Origin: Glycera tridactyla
Taxonomy: Eukaryota
Assembly (NCBI GenBank): GCA_965644265.1
Contig: OZ286469.1
Coordinates: forward strand, 62,930,001 to 62,994,000
Reading direction: 5' to 3'
DNA length: 64,000 bases
This document shows positions 36,339-46,389 of the stretch, one piece after another. The notes below the pieces were generated by a model. That model did not search any database. It had not been told where the DNA came from and worked only from the letters and a program-made list of their open reading frames with translations. Position numbers and translations under genes: made by a program. Within the stretch, counting starts at the first letter, position 1. The number at the start of each line of letters is the position of its first letter.

Positions 36339-37907
36339 TGACACAGGATCAGCGGCCTATGACACAGATGGGCACGCCTGCCATGCAGGATTTCAATTGA
36401 CATCAGTTACAAGTAAGCAAGATGATTACATTGCATTGTCAAAAGACAATTTGGCCAACATGAAAGATGTTTTCAGTATGTTACTAACAATTCTCCGCAC
36501 ACTGCAATGATATGGGCATACAAGCTAATTTTTTTTGCATCTCAATCATTGCTGTTGGTGACTTGATGCAGTTATCACCAGTCAATATTCTAATATATGT
36601 GATTTTGAGTAAATTTCACTGAAACTCCAAAAAGAAGATCATGTACAAAACCTCATTCACTGGTCTGCAACATTTGATGTTCTGAATCAATATGGACAAA
36701 TTATACATCAATCGATGCAAAATCTCGTCCTGCATTGATGTTCCAAATTTGGTGAAGATCCGTCAGAGTTGTGGAGGAATTTGACGAGGAATGGATATGA
36801 AGCTAGACGAAATCAGTTCCTGGCTTTAATTTTGACTGCTGAAACAATCATGACCATCAGTTGCTTTCGCTCACGTCCGTGAGCGTGCCTTATATCATGA
36901 AAGAAAAGGCCCACTTGCCACTTGCTCACCGACCTCGGAAGCAGCAACATCTCCTCTCTCCAGCTCTCCAGCAGCCTCAACAACCTCGGACTACTCTCAC
37001 TATCATCCTACTTCAGCTTAGCAGCCTTAGCTATTCACCATCACTCTCACAGCAGCCAAGTGTTTCTACGAAACAGGTAGTGGTGAATTTTACATTTAGA
37101 TTATCATTATTGTTGTTTTTGCCAGGGTTTTTGTCAGGATTAGCTTAGAACATCGTTTGTTTACATCTGTATTTTTGGAAACTTAGCTCTCAACCGCCGG
37201 AATCTATCGTCGTGTCGGAAAACTAGTTTGAATCATAGGATCATCTTGAAAATCGCAAAGCACCTAGCTTCACGGACTATCTATAAGCCCTAGAATTTTC
37301 GAGCGAATAGTACTAGAATTACGGAAACTACGGGACTTTTAGCGACACGGAAATAGCACATCTTGATCTGACTCTCATCTAGCATCATCACTCTCACTTT
37401 CGGCTACGATATCTCCGCGGCATTTATATCCAACTTTCTGGTACATTACATGCTTATTTAGAATCGTTATAGCTTTGTATACATTGATTTTGGATTAGTT
37501 TGGATTGCTAGTTTGGAAATTATCGCGCATAAACCGGGAAAACTTATCACCGCGTCGGAAAATTACTTAAAATCGCTCGATCGCCACGAAAATCGCTCAG
37601 CATCTAGGTATACCGATTATCTATACGCTCTGAAATTATTGAATAGCTAGCTATAAAATTGACGGAATTACGGCATCTTTTGTGACGCGGAATTTGTAAT
37701 TTATTATCGGAAAGCTAAGTAGGTCAACGCGGTGACGGTACCGAGCGACTTTACGCGTCACTGAACACGAGAGCGTGAGTACATCACTGAGCGCGGTCAT
37801 CTCATCAACACCTCTCACTCATCAACACCTCACTTCATCAACACCTCTCCATCAGCATCATCATCTCATCACTCTCATTTCTCTCATCATCACATCACAA
37901 ACTCAAC

Positions 37908-40900
37908 ATGCCCATGTTCCAAAGATTATTGGAGAAATTGTCACCCAGCAAGCAGAGCAGCAAGATGCTTAGCCCATCACAGGAGATTGTGACGATCTCC
38001 AGTTCAGTAGAAGACGACCTTAGCTCTAGTCTCCTGAACATTGAGTCGCTTGACACCAGCTTAGGAAGCGCCACACAATCCACATCAACCACCCCAGCAC
38101 ACACAAACACAAACATGCAGCCACCACACCATACACCACACAAACAAACCTACAGCAATGCTGTCATCACAGGAGTCGAGGTTAGAACTCCACCTACCAA
38201 CATGACAACAACTAAGGGAAACAACAACAATAGGAAACTTAGCGCAGTTCCTACGGAGAGTGAGCTCCTAGAGCATCAGAGGGCTCTGAGTAGAAAGAAG
38301 ACGCCGATGGGATCACCTAGGCTGACTAGAACGAACAGGGAAAAGGCCACGAACCCTCCCATGAAACTGCTGACAAACACGGACAAATATTATGAGAACC
38401 TGCACCTGCCAGAGAGGGCCCCCGAAGTAGGTCAGGGCGAGACCGACATACAGGTCTTGGATTACATCATATGTGATGCAACATGCGAGGGACAACAAGC
38501 CAATGGAGCAGATCAATGGCAAGGGACACGTCCAGATTCACTGGATCGACAATCACTATGTCACCTCCCAACTCAAAGACAAAAAGGTGACCATCTGGGA
38601 CTCCCTTCCGACAGCAGGCCTAATCGACAGGCTCACACCCCAACTCAGGACACTGTACAAACAGGGCTCCTTTCAACTAGTACAGCACAGATTGGTACAG
38701 CACCAGGGAAACAGTATCGACTGTGGGCCCCTCTCTGCTGCCTATGCTCAAACGCTAGTTATGACTACAGCAGATCTGGGCCAATGGGAGTTCAATCAAA
38801 CAGCAGTGAGGGCCACACTCCAGGCAAACCTCAACACCTTAGAGTCGCTGCCGTTCCCAAAGAAGAGGAACACCTACAAGGCCACCGACTTCCTGGAGCA
38901 GAGAGCAGCCGAGACTCTCTACAAAGAGCAGTCGGCTCTCGAGGTGGCTGTAGACACCTTCCCCACCTTAGCCGAGACTGTGGATATCACAAACAGCCAC
39001 AACAAAAGGGTACTCAAACAGGCAGTCACGCCGCCCAAACAACAAAACTCGCCTAACAGCTCACCAGAGAAACAGACCAGCAACACCACATCAATCCACA
39101 GCAACTGCCTCTTCAGTGAAAAGTTAACCTTCACACCCACCCCATCTAAGAAAGGGCAACAAACAGAAACAAGCCTGACCTCTTTAGGCAAGATCAGGAA
39201 GACAAGGAGGGCAGGGTCACCAGAACTGAGAATGACGTGCACTCCTACAGCCGACGACTCAGCCTTCGAGGAGGTTCTGGGCAGGTTAAGGCTCACTCCA
39301 ACACAACGCAGCCAACTGGACATGACAGATCCAGAGCATCAGATTATTACAGTGCCAGACACGGGAGATACATCCACTACACCCATCACGATAGCATCAT
39401 CACCACCAAAAATCGTGGCCATCACCAAGGTCACCACAACACCTGTCACAGTAGACGCACCAGAATCACCCGGTCGGTCAGATATAGAAACTAACTCGAA
39501 CACCTTGGACACTCAGAATGATCAGATTACCACAGTAGAAGAATTAGCAAAAGAGAAAACTGAGGAGATTGGACAGGAGACAGTAGCAGAAAAAGAGGGT
39601 CATACCGAGACAGAAAGAGAAGAGATAGACTTAGAAACAACAAACAAGGAAGTGAGGGTTGAAGACACAGTGATAACATCAGATGACACTGACAGAGAAG
39701 CAAGAGGTGAGGCAGTCTCTGACGAGAACTCAATAGCGTCGGCTGAACACGGAGACAGTTCAGTCGACCGAGACACACCCAACACACCCAGACCTATACC
39801 CGCACCTCGCAACATTAACACAAACACCAAACCCAAAGAACCCACACCAACACAACAACATGCACCCAACACCACCAACAAAACAACAACCACACCGACA
39901 CTTACAGAAAAACCTGCCACACCTGCACGCAACACCACACATGAGATAAAATACCCTGCATACGCTACACTAAAAAGCACATTGTGGGGTAGCCATATGG
40001 AGATGGCGACAGCAATAGAGAAGAGATTAGAAGGAGAAATTGAGATTCTTCCTAATAGGGACTCGGGATCTACATCAGTCTTACTTAGGCCACTTACGGC
40101 GGAAGCCAATAGATTCTTAAGCCGCCATGACAGCAAAATAGACGACAAAACCCTCTCGTTGAGGGTAAGATACAATAAAAACCTAGAAAGTTGCTTCGTC
40201 CTATATAGAGTCCCTCTATCATACCAAGAGAGGAGTTTCCTAAAAGACCGTCGGATTTTACGCGTAGAGCAGCTGTCGTTAGATTTAGATAATGAAAGAG
40301 CTGCCTACAAAATAGTAGGAGTTTCACCAAAACCAGATGTATACCACCTGCCTCCATGCGGTGACAACATCAATCTGAAATTTCCAACACATGAGTTTGT
40401 AGAGAGATTAGAGAGATGCATGCGTTGCCAGGGATATGAACATACCATTGGCAACTGCACAAATAGACTAGCGTGTGAATTTTGCGCGGGCTCGCACTGG
40501 AAAAAGTCGTGCCCAGAAAGACAGGCGGCGAAACCTAAATTTAGATGTGTTAATTGTGGCAAAGCCCACAAGGCAAGTTCCATCCATTGTTACATGGCCA
40601 GGGACTTCAACAACAAGGTTAGGGAACAGCAAAGAGAGCAAGAGAAAATAGAGAGTATGAACAACATGAACTTTATACAGGCAGCGAAAGAAGTAGCAGG
40701 TGAGATGGGCTTTGAAGTCCCTAAAACACCTATTAGAATGACACCATGGGAAGTAGAAATGAAGAGGCAACGGGACAAACATGGGGTCACCATAAACACC
40801 GACAACACAGGCACAACAACACCACCACCACCATCAACGCCCACAGAGCAACAAACATCACCCACCGACACTCACACACAAGACACTACAAACCCGAAAC

Positions 40901-41991
40901 TCACATACAACCCCGCCAACAAGACAGCACAAACCACCACCAACACACAACCTACAAACACGCCGACAACCACAAACGAACAAACACGGCACACACCCGC
41001 AACAAACAACAAACCAGACACCAATCCACCCACTCACAAACACGTAGGACAACAAACAAGAGTCACAATGCAGACGCACCCTTATATCGGTGTGAAGGAG
41101 ACTAAGTGGGAAACTTTCTGTAGGGTTCACAGAGAGAATGTGAAAACACATCAAGATAAAGTCTGGAAAGAATTTCTAGCAAACAAACTTATAGAAGAAA
41201 ATAAGAAGAAAGAACGGAAACATAGAAGAGACAATAGACAGCCAGTTTCACTGTATATAGGGAGACAGAAACAAGGACAATTACAGACAAACAAACGACA
41301 ACAACAACAGCAACGGCACAAACAACACAACCAGCAACAACAGCAGCAACGACAACCACAACAGAACCAACACACGCGCCGAACACACAACACTCACCCA
41401 CAACAATACCAACATCAACAACAACGCAAACAACACACACCTGCCTACAACAACCACCTACAACGCCGCAACAACAACACACAACACAAACAAACCAAAC
41501 CTCTCCCCTTCATCGAAATCTTCCGCTACCCACTACCCAAACCCAAACCAACCTACACTCTCCCCAACGCCAAATCCTCCTCCTCTCCACAACACCACAA
41601 CACCCCCACACCGTTCTCCCGCCGACGAACAAATCCACCCCCACCCCCCACCCACAAACGCTCCTTCACCAATCCACCCGACCCCCACCGCCGCAAACAC
41701 TCGAAATCTCCCAACAATTCTTCTCCCTCACGCCACAACCATCCCTTCTCCCCTCGAAAACCAAACCTTCCAAAACCTAACCCAACACACCAACACAGCA
41801 ACACTCACACACCCAACACTACATGCCACCACAACACGCCACAGACGTACATACAACAGCCTAATTACCAATATATGAATTGTAGACCAGCGATGATGAT
41901 GCCTCAACCACAATATATGATGATGCCTCAATTTCAGAGCATGCCTATGACTCAGGGAATGATCCCACAGCAGCCGATGGCATACTATTAA
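37908..41991 (+). CDS. LINE copy A ORF1 (~1360 codons, one frameshift): Ulp1-like protease + low-complexity linker + 3 zinc knuckles + Q/H/P-rich tail
   Basis: Split into 37908.. and 38473-41991 by a ~29-nt deletion near 38465 relative to copy B. Knuckles CMRCQGYEHTIGNC, CEFCAGSHWKKSC, CVNCGKAHKASSIHC; protease HY/WDS/QHQGNSIDCG. Confidence 0.88.
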
Positions 41992-44900
41992 AATTCACGG
42001 AAGAACAGAAAAAGAAAAGTAGGAACCTCAATATACTGCAGTGGAATGCAAAGAGCCTGAAACACAAACTAGCCGCGCTAGAAGAGACAGTTAGGGCACA
42101 GAACATAGACGTCATTCTACTGCAAGAAACAGGGAAAGGGAATTTTCTGCCAAAACTCCCTGGTTTCACTAGTTATAGATCAGATTCATTTGAAGACAGG
42201 GGCACAGTCATCATGGTAAAAGACTCGTTGCCCTCAGAAAAGATTAGTAACGTAGACCAGAATGACAGGTCAGTTGTATCAGTCAGAGTATGGTATGGTA
42301 GAGATACGTTAGTCTTTCACAATATTTATAGTAACCCTAAGTATAAAGAATTAGAACTCTTAGATCTGATGAAAACTGACGAAAATTCCTTTATAGGCGG
42401 AGATTTCAACGCAGTTAGCAAGGTCTGGTCAGATAGAGAAGACCAGAAAGGGAACCATATTTTAGCACAAATTGAAAACTCAGGGACCCACACATGCATC
42501 AACGACGGGGATCCGACCAGACCAAACGGTAGGGCGGTCGATGTCACTCATCTCAAATAGGTTAGCCCCCCTTTGCAGCTGGCACAGAGATAAATACCTA
42601 TGTAGTGATCACCACGCTATACATACAAGAATATGTAAGGAATTTGAGAGAATAGAGATCGCCCACATTCCGAGAAGAAGGATCAAACAAGCAAATTGGA
42701 AAGAGTACGATAGAAAAATTACTGAATTACTAGCTAGCTACATTCCTAGTGAAGATCTTGAAGTTCACGCTCAAGAGATCATAGATATAATTAATAAGGC
42801 CGCAGACAAGACGATCCCACTTAGCAAGAAACCAGTCGATAGGGTAGCACCCTGGCTCAACCACCCAAAAGTCAGAGAGGCGAAAAGACTAATTAATCAT
42901 TTTTTAGGCATTAAAAAGAAACCAACATGCTCTGAGGATCTCAAGAAAGAGCTTAGAAAAGAAATCACGATAGCAAGATCCTACTACGCTAGAAAGTGCC
43001 AAGTGGCCAAAAGGGAATACTTCCAAGAATTCTTAGATCAGATTGACCTGCATACTTCAGACTCCAAAGTCTGGAATACGCTGAAGAGCATGGCAGGTGC
43101 CTACAAGAAAACGAAAATAGTAGACGATCCCAAAAAAGAAGCTGATAGGATCATTAAAAATTTTGCAGATCGCTGCAACATCTCACCAGCCAGCCAGGAA
43201 CAACAGATAGAACTAGAAATTCTCAATCAAGAAAGAATGATTGAAATAGAAAGAGCTGAAGAGACTAGCTCGGACCTAGATAGACCTTTCACAATGAGAG
43301 AATTTAGAACAGCTATACTCACAAATAGAAGAGACACTGCAGCTGGAGCTGACAACATTACTTACTCCATGATCAATCATTGCAGCTCCATAGCACATGA
43401 ACATTTCCTCGAACTCCTGAACAAATCTTTTTTAAGTAGCAAACTACCTTCGGTTTGGATGGAAACAATCACCTGCGCCATACCGAAGAAAGAATTAGGC
43501 TCCTTTAGACCCATCACTCTACTGACAGTAATGGACAAATTACTTCAGAGAATGATTCTAGCACGACTTAGATACAAACTTCCAGAACCGCACAAGCACC
43601 TGTATGGATACACAAAAGGAAGATGTACCACAGATGCCTTAGCTCTAGTAATAGCGAGAATCTCAGAGAGATTACATAAGAAAAATGTTAGCAAGACTAC
43701 ACCGATAGGGATCTTCCTGGACGTACTTAGGGCATTTGAAACATGCGATTCAACTACGATATGCTATAGATTAGTACAGAAAGGAGTACAGGGAATCACC
43801 CTTAGATGGCTGAAAGCCTTTATGGGGCCTAGGAAAAGCAAGGTTAGATTTCAAGGAGTATACTCTGACCTCTTACCCTTCCTGAAGGGCGTACCTCAGG
43901 GATCCATTCTTAGTCCATTTCTATTTAACACACTAATGGAACATATAATAGAACAGGACTACCCGACAGGAGTCGAAGTCCTATCATATGCTGATGACTT
44001 AGCGATCATCTCTACAGGGCGAGAGGCCAGAAACAGAGCACAAACAGCCTTAAACAGAGTGGCAGCAGTATGCGCCGAGAACAGCCTTACACTTTCAAAG
44101 GAGAAGTCCAAGGCTATACACTTTAAAAACCCTAATAGCACGAAGACAGTTAGGGAACTTACACTACATGGAGAAGAGCTCGATTGGGTAAAAGAGCACA
44201 TGTACCTAGGGGTGATCCTAGACAGAGGGCTGAATCTAGGATCACACACCAAATACATCAAAAATAGAGCATCGCGTAGACTAAACATTCTCAGATGCAT
44301 TGCCGGTGCCACATGGTCCGACACTAGAACACTTAAAACCTATTATATAACATGCATTAGAAGCCTTTTGGAATACGCTGCACCAGCCTTAGCTTTAGTC
44401 AAAGGGAAAATGGGAGCTGCCTTTGAATCCACTCAAAACCACGCTATTAAATGTATATTAGGTTTACCTCAACACACGCCCACAGAAGCAGCTCAGTGCG
44501 ATAGCGGACTACCAGCCATGCGGCTTAGGTACCAACCGCTCACCCTTAACTACCTAGCCAAAAGGCTACACAGGGAAGACAGCCCAATCAGAGACCTCAT
44601 TTTGGGATCACAGTACAGGGATTTAGAGCTGTTTAAAACTTATAGCTGGACAGCACATGCTGCGGCTTTTGTCAAAAAACACTTAGGGATAGAAACAGCT
44701 GAATCGATAGATTTATATGAGCAGAACATGCCAGAGAAGGCCCCATGGGAAGACAGCTCAATACACACACACGCATTACCCCTGGAGAGGGGGAAAAACA
44801 CATACACTACACCAGACCTACTAGACAGAGCAAACACATACATCACTAAGATTAAGGAACAAGGGGACTACGATAGAATTTTCTACACAGATGGCTCACT

Positions 44901-45768
44901 GGATCCAACTTCAGGCAGAGCAGCCTCTGCAGTTTATGAATTGGAATCCGATTATTGTTACTCCTGTAGAATATCAGACAACGCCTCCACACTCCAAACA
45001 GAATTGTTAGCCATTCTCCTTGCACTAGAACAGGCAGGACTAGAACCGGAACTAACAAATAGAATTATCATCTTTACAGATTCGCTCTCAGCAGTTAAAG
45101 TGTTAGATAACATGAGAACCGAGAGACAGAATATAGAACTAGTACGAAAAATCAGAGAGATAGCAGACACCTGTAGAAAGGTAGAAATACACTGGATTCC
45201 CAGTCACGTAGGAGTCCTAGGCAACGAGAAAGCCGACGAATTAGCGAAGTTAGGACTGGAACATGAAACAGTCAATAGGAACTTTTCTAGAACATCCAAC
45301 CAAATAGCATGTCAGATGACGAAATCGGCAACGGAAAAAATGTATGAAACAGCCTTGGAAAATAGCAAGAAGGACAGACATCTAGCCTGGTTGAAGAGAA
45401 TTAGCAACCTCAAACCTTGGAAGGATAGGCCAACCATGCTCAAAAGAACAGCTAGCCAAATTAACATGCTCAGATTAGGAATTTCACATTACGACTACAA
45501 TGGATTCACTAGAACACTGGCAAAGTGTCGACACTGTGAAGTAGAGGATGACAGCCCAACACACTATCTAGCAGAATGCACAGCATTAGATCAACTCAGG
45601 TTAGAACTACTAAACATTTGTGATCCGCAGGGCAGATTGAGCGCAGAAGAAGTCGCTATAGAAATCTTACGATATACCCAAGTGGAAACAAAACTACTTG
45701 AAAAAATGCTCAAACTAGCACCATATCAGCACAGGAAAGAGAAAGAAAGCATTCAGCCATCTGATTAG
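41886..45768 (+). CDS. LINE copy A ORF2: AP endonuclease, reverse transcriptase, RNase H, C-terminal CCHC (one frameshift)
   Basis: ILQWN (42033), LLQET, GGDFNA, SDHHAI; GVPQGSILSPFLFN, YADD; YTDGS..QTEL..FTDS..HWIPSH..GNEKAD; CRHC..HYLAEC. 2-nt deletion near 42547 relative to copy B. Confidence 0.93.
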
Positions 45769-45910
45769 TTAGTGACTACTGTGTGTGGACCGGACGGGTC
45801 TGCTTCTTTTTTCACTTGAAAAACTGAAACTGAGTAGACCCGCCCGAGTTACTACAAGTTGGTCAACATTAATATGTTGAGCAATTCAGTCTCTGACAAT
45901 CAGATGAGGA

Positions 45911-45949
45911 CACACACACACACACATACACACACACACTACACACACA
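45911..45949 (+). repeat. (CA)n tract, probable 3' tail of LINE copy A
   Basis: Imperfect (CA)n ~140 nt after the ORF2 stop. Confidence 0.7.
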
Positions 45950-46224
45950 GTGACTTGTTGAATAATTGCACGGCCAGAAACTACCAACAAATTCATTTAC
46001 TGCGCACCCGCCACTCAATATATAGACTGCGGTGCAGCGGTAAATGTGGTAAAACGGTAGTGCGGCGGACTACCACCAGGTGCCTCATCACCGCACACCG
46101 CCTACATAAGCGCGGCAAACAGGCGGTAGTATGGGAACAATGTAGTTGCGGCAACTACCACCAGGTGCCGCGTTACCACATAGAGTACCCTGGCACACCA
46201 ATCCAATCATCAAGAATCACGGGT

Positions 46225-46280
46225 ACACACACGCACACACACACACACACACGCACACACACGCACACACACACACACAC
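46225..46280 (+). repeat. (CA)n/(CGCA) microsatellite
   Basis: Directly visible. Confidence 0.9.
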
Positions 46281-46389
46281 AAAAAACCCACTACACACAG
46301 AAACACATAACCAGAACACGATGCTTCATTAGATAATATATTTTACATAGAGACATAAATACAACAGATATACAGACAGATATAGAAAT

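Larger units (their letters stand above)
1..36911 (+). repeat. Tandem array of ~3.02-kb chimeric unit (12 full units 801-36911 plus partial unit 1-800; continues off the left edge)
   Basis: The same ORF set recurs with SGNH ORF-track starts at 750, 3768, 6780, 9701, 12724, 15742, 18760, 21778, 24791, 27806, 30820, 33840, 36861 (spacings 3018, 3012, 2921, 3023, 3018, 3018, 3018, 3013, 3015, 3014, 3020, 3021). Copies differ by scattered SNPs and small indels. Confidence 0.98.
36910..45949 (+). mobile_element. Full-length non-LTR retrotransposon, I group (I/Nimb-like), copy A
   Basis: 5' end CCCACTTGCCA shared with copy B (49659); ~1-kb 5'UTR, ORF1 with CCHC knuckles, ORF2 APE-RT-RNase H-CCHC, short 3'UTR and (CA)n run. 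Clade assignment from domain order and motifs only. Confidence 0.92.

Noticed and set aside
1-36911. Array as CRISPR, rDNA or a pure assembly artefact
   Set aside because: No repeat-spacer pattern and no rRNA sequence; units carry distinct shared and private variants, arguing for real copies (read support still needed).
1-36911. Canonical Helitron termini (5' TC, 3' hairpin + CTAG) in the unit
   Set aside because: Not found in the orientation of the PIF1 relic; only a weak opposite-strand candidate.
36861-37148. 95-aa ORF across the array/LINE junction and the similar ORF 49664-50011
   Set aside because: Reads through low-complexity 5'UTR; no homology recognisable.
36890-45970. Target-site duplication around LINE copy A
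   Set aside because: The sequence before 36910 does not recur after the (CA)n tail.
45859-46332. ORFs over CA tracts (also 48179-48543 and 58172-58602)
   Set aside because: THTHTH/CVCV translations of microsatellites.
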